The position numbers and the translations under genes are program-made. From IMG/VR virus record IMGVR_UViG_3300022856_000004: a DNA stretch of 64,000 bases. The stretch is one strand, 5' to 3'. Source of the stretch: an uncultured virus (IMG/VR IMGVR_UViG_3300022856_000004). Lineage: Duplodnaviria > Heunggongvirae > Uroviricota > Caudoviricetes. Shown here piece by piece: positions 7,980-19,080 of this stretch (the first letter of the stretch is position 1; every line of letters starts with the position of its first letter). The notes beneath the pieces were generated by a model. The model was not told the DNA's origin. It did not search any database and worked only from the letters and a program-made list of their open reading frames with translations.

Positions 7980-10427
7980 TTATTGCTCGTTAAATGTAGC
8001 ACCGGTCGGAGTAATATTGAACGGAATTATAATCTGTTCAATTGATTGTGCTGGTTGTAGTATGATTTGACCTACTAATTGTTTTCTATCTATAACTTCT
8101 GGTGTATTAACTGTTTCATTAACTATTACTTGGAATGAATACAAACCTTGTCTTTGTTGTACAGCTTCTAAATACGCATTAACTATATTCAAGAATATCA
8201 ATCTTGTAGATGTAGTATTATTCTCAAACACCAACGATCTTACTTGTGACGTTATAAATGATTTTAAGTTTATTAATAATCTTCTAACATTCACTCTGTC
8301 TAATGAGCTTGGAATACCTTGTAATGTTTTCTGACCCCATATTGCAATTCCTTCTCTTGGGAATGTAGCAATTGGATTGACTCTTGCATCATACAAAGTA
8401 TCTCTTTCTTTTCTTGTTAATCTATTTCTAACATCAATAGCACTATTAACTTTACCTCTATTAAACCCAGCTGGTGCGAACCACGGATTTGATATTCTAT
8501 CATTATATGCTATTACACCACCAACTACAGTTGTAGGTGGAACCCATACTGGTTTATTAGTGTCTGTATCTAGGATTTTAACCCACGGATAATATGTAGC
8601 TGAATAATTACTGTCTATCGCTTGAATAGATGATATTGTAGTTGTTATATTTGAATCTAATCCAGATGGGTCTATTATATAGAATACATCTTGTCTTTCT
8701 TCACACATATTCTTAGCATACTCTATTATACCAGAGTGGTATTGATATACTAATCCAGGTGTTAATAACATATTAATATTATATACATCTGCATTGGATA
8801 ATATATCTATAGCTCTTTTATAAGAGATGTAACCAGCTGACGTTGTGTTTGTTAAATCAAGTCCTTGTGTATTAGCAGCTGACATATCACTACCAACTTT
8901 ACGTTGTTGATTTGGTTTCCATCCATCAAATCCACCTTGAAATGGAACTATGAATTTTCTACTTGATATAGCAGTATTTAAACTATTTAAATCTATACTA
9001 CCTGAGTATGGACTTGTTGAGTTTGGATAATTTGCACCTGCTTCTTGACTATAATTTGATAATAAGAAGTCTGTGTTTGATCCTGTAGTTTGACTACCAA
9101 TAACTGGTAATGGTTTTAAGTAATTTGCATTATCAGTATTTGAGAAATCATAATTAAATCCAAAATATTTATTTGCATTGTAAGATGCATTTATAGTCTG
9201 ACTTGTAACATATGAACACGCTACTGGTTGTGTAAATGAACTTGGTAATGGACTTACTAATGATTTAAATCCAAAAGGAACCAATGTAGGTGATATAGCT
9301 TTATTTTTAACTGTATTAGTTAATTCAACTCTAACATAGTTAGATTTTGTTGAGTAATCTCCAGATACAGTTATTTTTCCAGTTGAATCGGATGTTACAT
9401 ATTGATCACCAATAACTCTACCAATATAAGTAGCTGAGTCTGGATCCAAATCACAAGTGAATCTTTCAACCACATCATGTCTAATATCATCATCTGACGA
9501 TTTAAACGGTGAACCTTGTATTTTATCACTATTAACCTTTCTAACTACAACGTCAAATTGACCATAGTTAGAACCTGCTATAGTTCCAGCTGCTCTGATA
9601 TTATCAATTGCAACCTTAATTTCATAGTTTGAATTATCACCATGTGATAAAGTTTTAAACTTAAATAGGTTAGTAGTTGATGAACCAACTTGTTGTGATG
9701 TAATCCATGGAGTTTCAGCTTCTGAATATTCTGATGAGAAATCCCAATCTTCTGATGATCCAGTTTCAATTGTTATATTAACTTCACCTTCAGATGTTGT
9801 AGATATTCTACTAGCTTCATTAGCAAAGTTAGAATATATATATACTGGTTCTGTAGAGTTTGGACTTGATCCAAATAAACTACCAATCCAACTATTATTC
9901 GTAGAGAATAATGATGATGAATATGAAGTTCCATTCTTATCAGTTGCACCAGTAAATGCCGATGTGTCTGTTACGTATGAACCAGATACAGTTATTACAA
10001 ATGATCCAGTTGTTGTAGAACTAGTTACCATTGTACTAGCCTCAAATAAAGCATCAATACCATCACTTGTAACTACATATGTAGGGTGTAATGTTGTTAT
10101 AGAATATTCTCCTAATGAAGACGATGCTACTATATTTATAGGATTTGTAAGTGAATAACCACTTGTACCTAATAATCTAATAACAGTTAATGATGTTCCA
10201 TTTGATAAATATTCTTTAGCTGTATATGATGTATATTGCTTATCGTTCATAGGTCCAAACTTGTTACTATATTCGTTTCTAGTAGAAACTACCGTAGGAA
10301 CAAATGCCCTACCCTTAACAGTTGGGCCTATTAATGCTGCACCAATCTCACCTGCCACTGTAGATACAAAAGAACTATCTATCTCTTGTGTGTGTATCCC
10401 AGCTGATGAACCCATTGCTCGTGCCAT
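7980..10427 (-). CDS. Tail sheath protein (T4 gp18-like)
   Basis: YYPWV, PWFAPAGFNRG, VNPI, WGQKTLQ and RVNVRRLL motifs. Confidence 0.97.
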   Translation of the reverse strand: MARAMGSSAGIHTQEIDSSFVSTVAGEIGAALIGPTVKGRAFVPTVVSTRNEYSNKFGPMNDKQYTSYTAKEYLSNGTSLTVIRLLGTSGYSLTNPINIVASSSLGEYSITTLHPTYVVTSDGIDALFEASTMVTSSTTTGSFVITVSGSYVTDTSAFTGATDKNGTSYSSSLFSTNNSWIGSLFGSSPNSTEPVYIYSNFANEASRISTTSEGEVNITIETGSSEDWDFSSEYSEAETPWITSQQVGSSTTNLFKFKTLSHGDNSNYEIKVAIDNIRAAGTIAGSNYGQFDVVVRKVNSDKIQGSPFKSSDDDIRHDVVERFTCDLDPDSATYIGRVIGDQYVTSDSTGKITVSGDYSTKSNYVRVELTNTVKNKAISPTLVPFGFKSLVSPLPSSFTQPVACSYVTSQTINASYNANKYFGFNYDFSNTDNANYLKPLPVIGSQTTGSNTDFLLSNYSQEAGANYPNSTSPYSGSIDLNSLNTAISSRKFIVPFQGGFDGWKPNQQRKVGSDMSAANTQGLDLTNTTSAGYISYKRAIDILSNADVYNINMLLTPGLVYQYHSGIIEYAKNMCEERQDVFYIIDPSGLDSNITTTISSIQAIDSNYSATYYPWVKILDTDTNKPVWVPPTTVVGGVIAYNDRISNPWFAPAGFNRGKVNSAIDVRNRLTRKERDTLYDARVNPIATFPREGIAIWGQKTLQGIPSSLDRVNVRRLLINLKSFITSQVRSLVFENNTTSTRLIFLNIVNAYLEAVQQRQGLYSFQVIVNETVNTPEVIDRKQLVGQIILQPAQSIEQIIIPFNITPTGATFNEQ

Positions 10428-10440
10428 TTAATTTCCTCAA

Positions 10441-10716
10441 TTAATCGTTTTGTATGAATTTTTTTCTATCTAAATCTGCTTGACCATGACCATATTTCTC
10501 TGAAAGTTCGTCTATCAATTCTCGTTCTTCTTGTATATAAACTTCTTCTTGTCTAAGTTCTTTCTGAGTGTCACCGTCAATTTTATTAATCATTTCTTGT
10601 AACTTATACTTATTTATAACTAATTCTCCAATCTTTAATCTCTGCTTAACTTTTTTATCTCTTATTGCAGTGATTTTAGTTATATCGTTTTCTTCTAAAT
10701 CTAGCTCTTTAGGCAT
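10441..10716 (-). CDS. Hypothetical coiled-coil protein
   Basis: 91 aa, GAGG Shine-Dalgarno (SD) site upstream, ends L.EKYG.G..D. Confidence 0.7.
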   Translation of the reverse strand: MPKELDLEENDITKITAIRDKKVKQRLKIGELVINKYKLQEMINKIDGDTQKELRQEEVYIQEERELIDELSEKYGHGQADLDRKKFIQND

Positions 10717-10817
10717 ATCAACCTCTATCTTTTAATAATTAAAATATATAAATATAGATATGAATGTATAAGTGTTCATATCTTATAATAAATATAAATA
10801 AAAAAGCTCAAAATTAT

Positions 10818-11633
10818 TTAACTTTGGTTTATAACGATTTGTTCAGGTTGTATAAATTTGGTATTATTGTTATTGTACCAATATTCATCTTGGATTATAT
10901 AACCATCTAATGTCAAATTGCAATTAGCAGTCACTTTTCTCTCTGTATTAACTGGATTAACAGTATCATACATAAACGGACTAAACTTTGATGTGAATTT
11001 ATAATAATGTTCATCTCCAAATGCAAGTCTATTATATGATAATAGTTTTTGTACTATCTCATCTAACTGTGATTCCATATCAGTCCATATAAATACATTA
11101 TATGTTATATATACATAATCTGGAAATACTATCTTATATTGTGTTTTCTGTCTTTTTGTATTATTTAATACTGAATATCTGTTGTATGTGTTGTTCTTGT
11201 CATAAGAACTATTTGTAGTCCACATAGTCTCGGATTCACGCAATACATTAGGCTTTCTCATTTCATCTCTGACTTGTATATCAGTCTTTCTTATAGCTAT
11301 CAACGGACATTGTAATTTATGTTTATCATCTCTCAAATAACCAAATTCATTATGTTCAGTCCATTTCTCTCTATTCATCCATAATACAGGAACTTTTAAA
11401 TTTTCATTTTGATTTATAGTTATGTAAGGTGATATTACATCATTAAAATATGTTAGTAATGCATCAGAATTATCTTCTAATGATACAGTTGGACCTTTTT
11501 TATCTGTACCAGTAAATTTTATTTGTTCATGTCGTTTATTAATAGTATGATTATTAGGTATATCAATATCATTAGTATGTGATGATATTGTATTCTTTAA
11601 ATCAGGTTTATTATATATTTTAATTTTATCCAT
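10818..11633 (-). CDS. Tail terminator / sheath stabiliser (T4 gp15-like)
   Basis: KVPV, PLIAIR and PDYVYITY motifs. It lies between the neck and sheath genes. Confidence 0.65.
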   Translation of the reverse strand: MDKIKIYNKPDLKNTISSHTNDIDIPNNHTINKRHEQIKFTGTDKKGPTVSLEDNSDALLTYFNDVISPYITINQNENLKVPVLWMNREKWTEHNEFGYLRDDKHKLQCPLIAIRKTDIQVRDEMRKPNVLRESETMWTTNSSYDKNNTYNRYSVLNNTKRQKTQYKIVFPDYVYITYNVFIWTDMESQLDEIVQKLLSYNRLAFGDEHYYKFTSKFSPFMYDTVNPVNTERKVTANCNLTLDGYIIQDEYWYNNNNTKFIQPEQIVINQS

Positions 11634-12124
11634 TATCTAAGAACCCTCTGTGTCATTGGAAGAGAAGTATCTTTAATTTTATAACCTCTACATTTTATAG
11701 ATACATTATAACCATGTTCAGTTCCATTGTAACTTGTAGTTGGATTCTTACCTGCAAAATATTCATTTTGGAATATTTCAGATAATTCAAAAAAATCATT
11801 ATCCCATTCTAATATATCACCTGTAAATGGCTGATAATTAAAATTTTCTAATTCATCATATAAAAATGAAAATGAAATTCCTTGATTATAGTTAAATCCT
11901 GTATTTGCACTTTCAAACATAGGATCAGTTCTATCCACTAAACAATTAATTAAAAATGGTTCATAATACATTTTGTTCGTTGTTTCACCATAAGTATTAT
12001 TTGATGTCATATTGGTTGGATCTAATTGAAATACCTTAACTTCGGTATTAATAACTTTATTTATTAATTCCATATTTAACTTTCTAAACAAGTCCATATC
12101 TCTAGATCTATCAAATAATGACAT
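11633..12124 (-). CDS. Neck / head closure protein (T4 gp14-like)
   Basis: N.YGE and P..GDILEW motifs, plus synteny. Confidence 0.65.
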   Translation of the reverse strand: MSLFDRSRDMDLFRKLNMELINKVINTEVKVFQLDPTNMTSNNTYGETTNKMYYEPFLINCLVDRTDPMFESANTGFNYNQGISFSFLYDELENFNYQPFTGDILEWDNDFFELSEIFQNEYFAGKNPTTSYNGTEHGYNVSIKCRGYKIKDTSLPMTQRVLR

Positions 12125-12130
12125 TATAAA

Positions 12131-13276
12131 TTACCTTATGTAAATTTTCAATGGTATATTCAAGAATTGATTTCTAATCGCTTCTGATTCAGCAGTCATT
12201 TTTTCTAATTGATTACGTTTAGATAATTTCTCTAATGTATCCATTAACTCTTGTCTTAAACTTTCTTTCTCTTGTTGAGCTTGTATTAGTAAATCATTAT
12301 AATTTAATGATACAGTTGAATTTGGTATTGGTATAGTAGAGAATTTACCTCTTATCAACCCAAGCCCTTCTTTAGCTAATGCTATAGCATAATTCTTAAT
12401 CCATTGTCTACCTACAGAATTTATATCTGAGTATTGTATATTATCATAAGGAACATTACTATAATCACTAACTATACTATTAGACCCACTAGGTTCAGAA
12501 ACATCTAATCTTTCATCACGTAATATATATTGATATGTTAATTTATGTGTGTGTTCTGGAACTGGGAATATACGTAGGTTATTATTTATAAGTTCAAAGC
12601 TATACGATGATTTTCTAAATTGATCATTAAATTCAATCGCTTGCATTCTAACTAAATCTTCAAACATACTATAAGGTGTTAATGTATAAGTTACACCCTG
12701 TGCATATCCTGATAAACCCATTGCATTTAAGAAATCTCTATTACCTAAGTTAGGATCAAAATATCTTAAATTAGCTGGTATAGCATAATGAAATACACGT
12801 TTAATCTCTATACTACCAGATCCACCGTTCTGCTCATACAAGTCCTGTAAATCGTATAATTGCACACCTTCTTCTAACTGTACGAATCCCTCTCTCCAAT
12901 CTAAATTACCACCTGCACCAACTTCAGCTGAATAGTTCTTTGCTATTCCAATAACTCTATCTAAACTGTGTTTTATTACCTTTCCACTTAGAGATGCATC
13001 TCTATCTGAACCTTGAACACTTATAAAGTTATCAATTGTATTGTATTCATTTACAATAGCACTATATTCAGTTATAGATTCCTCTATAAATGAATACATT
13101 GATCCAGATGTCAATTCGACATCCATAATAGGATAACCAAGTCTATTAGCTATTAATGTAGCTATCTTAGGTGCGTCATTCTGAAATTGAATATCATTAT
13201 CATAATATCCAAAAGGAGTTGACCCTGATACTGGACCTGGACTTCCATCCCAAATAGGTATTGTTATTGTTGCCAT
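12131..13276 (-). CDS. Neck protein / head-tail adaptor (T4 gp13-like)
   Basis: RLGYPIMDVEL and WIKNYAIALAKEGLG..RGKF motifs. Confidence 0.85.
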   Translation of the reverse strand: MATITIPIWDGSPGPVSGSTPFGYYDNDIQFQNDAPKIATLIANRLGYPIMDVELTSGSMYSFIEESITEYSAIVNEYNTIDNFISVQGSDRDASLSGKVIKHSLDRVIGIAKNYSAEVGAGGNLDWREGFVQLEEGVQLYDLQDLYEQNGGSGSIEIKRVFHYAIPANLRYFDPNLGNRDFLNAMGLSGYAQGVTYTLTPYSMFEDLVRMQAIEFNDQFRKSSYSFELINNNLRIFPVPEHTHKLTYQYILRDERLDVSEPSGSNSIVSDYSNVPYDNIQYSDINSVGRQWIKNYAIALAKEGLGLIRGKFSTIPIPNSTVSLNYNDLLIQAQQEKESLRQELMDTLEKLSKRNQLEKMTAESEAIRNQFLNIPLKIYIR

Positions 13277-13300
13277 ATATTAATAAATATAAATGATTTG

Positions 13301-14026
13301 TTATTTTGTGTTCTGATATTTATCAAATCTAATCATAAATTCATCTAAGATTGGATGTCTATGGTTTGATTGCATTTCAAATGTAGTAAAACCATTTATA
13401 CCTTGACCACATTCAATTAAAAATTCTAAACCACTATCACGTCTATTCTTTAAATCAATTTGTCTATAATCACCACAGAATATCATTTTTGATCCTTTAC
13501 CAAGTCTTCCAATTATCATCATCACTTGGTCTATAGTTATATTCTGACACTCATCAATTATAAGACATGCATTTGAAAACGTAACACCTCGTAGATATGC
13601 TAATGGTGATATTACTATATCATCATTATCCATCATATTTTTTATAGTTTGTTTTTTTTGTGTGGAGCTACCATAACATTTTCTAAAGTTATCATATACT
13701 GGTTGTAACCAAGGTTCCATTTTTTCATTTATATTACCTGGTAGGAAACCAATCTCTTCCTTTGATACTGTTGGTCTAGTTATATGTATTCTATCTATCT
13801 CTTTATCAAAAAATGCTGATAACGCATAGTTAACAGCACTCAATGTTTTACCTGATCCAGGCTTACCGAATAACACGGTAATATCATTTTCGATTATAAG
13901 TCTTTTGACTTCTTTTTGTTCTTCATTTAACTGGATGTCAAATGTTGGTTTCGTTTTTGGTCTTGCTTTTGATTTATTATCAATCTTAATATCTAAAATT
14001 TCACCGTTAGTCTTCTTCTTAGCCAT
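13301..14026 (-). CDS. phoH: PhoH-family ATPase
   Basis: Walker A GKPGSGKT, plus ITRP, GFLPG, YLRGVTF, IIDECQN, GDYRQID and RHP motifs. Confidence 0.95.
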   Translation of the reverse strand: MAKKKTNGEILDIKIDNKSKARPKTKPTFDIQLNEEQKEVKRLIIENDITVLFGKPGSGKTLSAVNYALSAFFDKEIDRIHITRPTVSKEEIGFLPGNINEKMEPWLQPVYDNFRKCYGSSTQKKQTIKNMMDNDDIVISPLAYLRGVTFSNACLIIDECQNITIDQVMMIIGRLGKGSKMIFCGDYRQIDLKNRRDSGLEFLIECGQGINGFTTFEMQSNHRHPILDEFMIRFDKYQNTK

Positions 14027-14073
14027 AGAAACCTCTTGGTATATTTAAAACTCGTTACTATTAATAAATAGAT

Positions 14074-15942
14074 TTAATATTTCAAAATATATTCGCTTTT
14101 ATGTTTAGATTTGTTATTAAAATGAGAAGTATTATTCTGTAAAAAATACTCATCACCATCAGGAAAATACTGCCTAAGATTAGAACTGAAATTTATCAAT
14201 TTGTTATTAAATTTGTTAATTCCATTTACGATGAATTGGTCTACCCATTCTTCCAAAGAAGAGTAATAAATATGATTAGAGTAAATTTCTTTATCATAGT
14301 ATGGTATAGAAGTAAACGTTAAATTAAAGTTGTAAGTATCACTATAATCTTCCAATTTAGAATTTAATATAGTTACATTATCAAAATTAGAAGATAATAA
14401 TTTTAATTCATTATAAGTTTCTATATTAGGTTCTAACCCAATATATGTTCCATTTGGATATATAGATTTGAATCCTAATAATCTACCACCAAACCCAGCA
14501 CAAGGGTCTAATACAACTGGAGCTGTATTATCACCTATAAAATGTTTATATATTCTAGCAGCTACAACTGGTTTGAAAAATGATATTGTATGTCTAAGTG
14601 ATGACATACCAACATTTATATTTCTAATTGAGAAATCATATACTTCGTCATTACTACCAAGACCAAGTCTATTTTTAATAATTTCAGTTACATGTTCATC
14701 AGAATTGTAAATTTCATATGGGGATTTTGAGTTGTTATAATGTGATTTCCAATATGATTTAAATATTGATTTTAAATATTCATTGCCTACAACTGATGTG
14801 TTGTTATTAAATGTTTTATCTTCTAATTTGAAGTTGATAGTTTTATCATATATAGACTTTGTTATTGATTGTATATTATAATCACCAAATGGATATGGGT
14901 AATCGTCTATAAATTCCCTTATGAATTTTCTATATAACCACATATTTTTATTTATGTAATCGGCTTTTAATTCTATATAATCTTTACGTATTATAATATC
15001 TTTATATGATACATTAATATGGTTATTAGTATTATAATTTAAAATATCATCAATACTATTTATATTATAAACGTCCTTCTCCATAATCCTAATTAAATTC
15101 GGTATATTTCTATTTTTACGATTATCATTTATAACTTCAGATAATTGTCTATGGTTTAAATCCTTTAATGTTGTTGGATGCCAATAAACACCATCAACCT
15201 CAATATACATATCATGATCATATAAGTAAAAATCTATTATACCAAATTCATGTTGTGCTTGTGGCTCAAATCTACATCCTGATTGTTCAAGTATAGATTT
15301 TATATGTAGTTCTATTTTTGTATCTTTATAGTCACTGGTCATTCCACGTTTTATAGCTGCTTCACGCATTTTAGATTTACTTTCTTCTGAAAATATATAA
15401 CCTGTTTTAACTGGTTGATGGTGATCCACATAATTTCGTCTAAATGGTTCGGATACAAGTAATGTCACCTCTTCTCCACAACCACATTCACAGAATTTTG
15501 GTTCGTCATCAAATATATATTTTCTAACATAATCTAATTTATCCATATTATGTTTTTTCTTAACATGATGTGATAACGTAACTTCATTATGAAATTCGTT
15601 ATTGCATATTTTACATGTTACTCCATTAGTTTCTTTTATTTTGATACGACGTAAGTATTTTTGTCTGAATTCTGGATGTGTCTTTACATACTCATCAATT
15701 GTTAATCCACCATGACCATCTCTTAAATGTGTAGCCATTCCTCTGGTTGAATATGTTTATTTGCATATTCCACACTCCACAACATTATTTTTTAACTCTC
15801 TATTTTGGAACTTTAATTTATTTGGTCTAAATTCACCATATAAATTAACATATTCATCTGACTTTATTTTATGTGCTTTGAATATATGAGCAGCCATTCC
15901 TTTATTGTCAACTTCGTTTTTGCATATGTTGCATATTATCAT
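14074..15942 (-). pseudogene. C2H2 Zn-finger + NUMOD3-like + DUF559/Vsr-like endonuclease + DNA amino-methyltransferase fusion, interrupted by one in-frame TAA at 15757-15759
   Basis: ORFs 15757..15942 and 14074..15738 are in the same frame. Motifs: CxxC..H..H fingers, CECGCG, DFYL..IEVDGVYWH, VLDPCAGFGGRLLG and FTSIPYY. Confidence 0.75.
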
Positions 15943-15975
15943 AATAATTATTCATGTTTGTTAATTAATAATATA

Positions 15976-16007
15976 CAAACTTACGAAAAAGAAATGATAT
16001 AACCTAA
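15976..16007 (-). promoter_or_regulatory. Bacteroidota-type sigmaA promoter (TTAG-N20-TAAGTTTG)
   Basis: Matches the -7 TAnnTTTG element. 23 bp are identical to the primase promoter. Confidence 0.75.
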
Positions 16008-16058
16008 TTTTATTACAACGCATATTAATCTTTGTATATCATGTTAAAAATAAAAAAA

Positions 16059-16080
16059 CGATTGTCATTTCTAACAATCG
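16059..16080 (-). terminator. Probable terminator after the major capsid gene
   Basis: cgattgt - catttcta - acaatcg hairpin followed by a T7 run on the minus strand. Confidence 0.7.
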
Positions 16081-16111
16081 CTTTATTTTAATCAACTTAC
16101 AATTTATAAAA

Positions 16112-17782
16112 TTATAAACCATAAATAGTTTCAAGTCCGTCAATTTTAATTCTACCATAGAACTCAGGTCTATAGATTTTTTTAGCATAGCGAGTCATTA
16201 AGGCTTTAGATGGCACATAATTCACAGGATCCCATATAATTGGCGTAGAGATTAACGGAATGTAAGGAGCATACACCGCACCAGTGTGCAAGAATGAATT
16301 ACCTTTATAACCCATTAAAATCTCATTGTTAGTATAGTAAGGAATCACATAAACATCAAACTCACCTCTAAAGTTACCAACTTTCTTAGTACCAGCTGAG
16401 AAGTTTTTAGTATAGTCTTTACTAGCGTCAGAACTGAATCCTGGCATAGATTGGAATATAGTTGCAATTTTAGGAGATGTAACTAAGAAGTTAGCACTAC
16501 CCAATTGAGTTTTTTGATAGATTTGGTTTGATACACCATTAACCGTGATCATTAACTCTTGGAACCATTGTGTTCTTGTATATGCAGCAGTTTCACCTTG
16601 AACAGTAGAGAAATCTGTCATTTCAGTACCATTGAATGTTCTACCCAATTTAGCACTCCAAGCAGCTGTATTAGTAGCACCATCTCTTAACATTTGTAAT
16701 ATTTCTAAATCCTGCTCTCTCGAAATATAATCGCCCATTACAGTTGTTAATTCTGCCTCTGCATCAATTGAATGATAAGCATTAACGTCTTGTTGGAATT
16801 CAGGAGTCCATGTTGTTTTTAACTTTCTAGTCTTAGCCACGATCTCTTCAGATCTGAATTCCATGTTTAATTCTGGAATATCTAAAGGTTCTTCTTGTGT
16901 TTTCGTATATTCAAAATCACCTCTCACTTCTGAGCTTGGTTGTTTGTGATATGTAATCACTAAGTCAGTTGACAATGCATCTGCTGAACCAGAAACCACA
17001 AATGTAATTTGTGTTTTAGCACCATTGATTGATGTGAATTGTGGGTAATATGAAGATACACCAGTACCAGCTACTTTGAATGCAGATACACCAGCTATAT
17101 CAGGAGTTGCTAATGAAGCAGCTGCTACAGTGATTGTATAGATTGAATTAGCTAAAGTTCCAAATGTATTACCTGTTGCCGTAACAGATTGTGACCATTC
17201 TGTATCGTAATTGTATGTTGCTGCTGATGCCATAGCACCAGAAACGAATGTTGATGCACCAATAGTTGTTCCAACTGATATTGCTGATGAAGTTACGTCA
17301 TTGATTGTATAACCAAATTTACCGTCACCATATAAACCACCTCTTGCTTCACCTTCTTCTTTAGTAACACCCCAAACGGAATCTTCTTGTGAGTCTTTAC
17401 CAGAGTTATTTTCGAAACCTGGTTGAGCAGTACCATATTTAAACTCTAGATAGAATACTAGTCCAGAAGGCATATTCATTGGTTGAACAGATACAAATTC
17501 CTTTGCTACTGTATTACCGAATACTCTTCTTACTAATGGTAATGCGATACCATTCCATTCTTCTGAGTTAGCAGCAGTACCTAATCTTGATGATTCATGT
17601 ACTAATCTTTTTGCTTGGTTTTCAAGCATTAATGCCATATTCCTTTTTTCGTAATCAGAAGATAAATCTTCTAATAGGTGGGTAGGTTCCCACTTTCTAA
17701 TTAAATCTGCTGACTGTCTGATTAAGTTAGCTTCTGTGTTAGAAGTCTCAGTCAATAGATGTTGTAAGCCATTATTAGCCAC
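16112..17782 (-). CDS. Major capsid protein (T4 gp23-like)
   Basis: LPLVRRVF, VSVQPMNMPSGLVFYL, AKTRKLK, YAPYIPL and MTRYAK motifs. GTG start with GAGGA SD. Confidence 0.97.
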   Translation of the reverse strand: MANNGLQHLLTETSNTEANLIRQSADLIRKWEPTHLLEDLSSDYEKRNMALMLENQAKRLVHESSRLGTAANSEEWNGIALPLVRRVFGNTVAKEFVSVQPMNMPSGLVFYLEFKYGTAQPGFENNSGKDSQEDSVWGVTKEEGEARGGLYGDGKFGYTINDVTSSAISVGTTIGASTFVSGAMASAATYNYDTEWSQSVTATGNTFGTLANSIYTITVAAASLATPDIAGVSAFKVAGTGVSSYYPQFTSINGAKTQITFVVSGSADALSTDLVITYHKQPSSEVRGDFEYTKTQEEPLDIPELNMEFRSEEIVAKTRKLKTTWTPEFQQDVNAYHSIDAEAELTTVMGDYISREQDLEILQMLRDGATNTAAWSAKLGRTFNGTEMTDFSTVQGETAAYTRTQWFQELMITVNGVSNQIYQKTQLGSANFLVTSPKIATIFQSMPGFSSDASKDYTKNFSAGTKKVGNFRGEFDVYVIPYYTNNEILMGYKGNSFLHTGAVYAPYIPLISTPIIWDPVNYVPSKALMTRYAKKIYRPEFYGRIKIDGLETIYGL

Positions 17783-17809
17783 TTTTTGTCCTCAATTTAT
17801 TTTTGTTGT

Positions 17810-18934
17810 TTAATCGCCTAAACTGTAATTTAGTATTGATTTGAATTTAGCAAATTGGTCACCTTTACCTTCTGTAATGTTTTTCTTTACAGTTTGATTA
17901 CCAATGTGTTTAGCACTTTCTTTAATTTGTATTTTACTCTTAGGAGCTACATTATTAATGTCAAATGCTTCTGTGAATGATTCGAAGTATATTTTAATAT
18001 CGTTTTCTGATTTAGCAGAATCGAACTTTTCAATTATTCTCTGTCTTGTCTGTGCGTTAATAGGATACTTATCGAAGATAGTATTCAGATATTGTAATTT
18101 AGTTAAGTCTCTCTTCTGTTCAGTTAATGTTTTATTGTAAATACCAATAGCTTGTTTTAACTGTTCGTTCTCATTACTTAACGTTTTATTTTTGTTTTCT
18201 AAAGTGATAACCTTACCTTGTAACTGATCAAATGCATATTTAGATACACTATTAGTTTCTGATAAATTATTATTTACTTCTTCATCTTCTACTATTTCTA
18301 AAGAATCTTCTTCTTCACTAACAGTATCTTCTTCATTCATTTTCTTTTGTTCTGCGTCTGGAGAACTTTTCTTAACCGTACCCATTTCTGAGTTTGGTTC
18401 GTTTTGTTTTGGTGCATCCATATCTTGTGTAGGTGATGCATTTTCTTCTACTTCTTCTTGTTCTTGGTTAATACCAGGTTCGATTTCGTCAGCTGGATCT
18501 AATCCACGTTCTAAATCAGGATCCATTTCTGGTTCTAGTTTTATTCCTAACAATTCTTTCAAAGCATCGATTATATCTTGCTTATCAATTCCCATTTCTG
18601 GTTCTACCTCTGGTTCCATTGTAACTGATTGATCAGTTGCATCAGGTTCCAATGTTGGTACCATATCTTCTTCTACATTGGTTTCATCCAATTTTTCTGA
18701 ATCTGGATCTTCATCCGAAACGTAAAGTTCACTCACCTCCTTTTCGTATGCTTCTTCGTCTTCCTCTTCGGAATCCATTTCAGATAATTTTTCTGAAACC
18801 ACAGCGTTGTTTCTAGGAACAAACTTTTCAGTTAGTGCTCTCTGAACATGTTGCGTGAATAACTCCTTAGAGTCTTCAGCCATATTCATAGCCTCTTCCA
18901 ACATTACGTGTGTATTTGATGTTTCTTTTGACAT
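17810..18934 (-). CDS. Prohead scaffolding protein (T4 gp22-like)
   Basis: Very acidic with a coiled coil, located immediately upstream of the major capsid gene. Confidence 0.75.
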   Translation of the reverse strand: MSKETSNTHVMLEEAMNMAEDSKELFTQHVQRALTEKFVPRNNAVVSEKLSEMDSEEEDEEAYEKEVSELYVSDEDPDSEKLDETNVEEDMVPTLEPDATDQSVTMEPEVEPEMGIDKQDIIDALKELLGIKLEPEMDPDLERGLDPADEIEPGINQEQEEVEENASPTQDMDAPKQNEPNSEMGTVKKSSPDAEQKKMNEEDTVSEEEDSLEIVEDEEVNNNLSETNSVSKYAFDQLQGKVITLENKNKTLSNENEQLKQAIGIYNKTLTEQKRDLTKLQYLNTIFDKYPINAQTRQRIIEKFDSAKSENDIKIYFESFTEAFDINNVAPKSKIQIKESAKHIGNQTVKKNITEGKGDQFAKFKSILNYSLGD

Positions 18935-19080
18935 CTAAAAACCTCTTATATTTCTATGATTATTGTCAATCATAATATTATTATTAAATAACTATGTATG
19001 TTTTAAATGGTTATTACTAGAACCATTATAATTGATGTATTATACACCTTATAAATAAATATAAATAAAAAAACTCAAAA

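Noticed and set aside
15757..15759. Genome-wide stop-codon reassignment
   Set aside because: TAA, TAG and TGA all end intact conserved genes here, and coding density is full under code 11. The interruption is isolated.
18935..19080. tRNA or structured ncRNA in the larger intergenic gaps
   Set aside because: Only short AT-rich hairpins are present, with no cloverleaf or recognisable RNA family.
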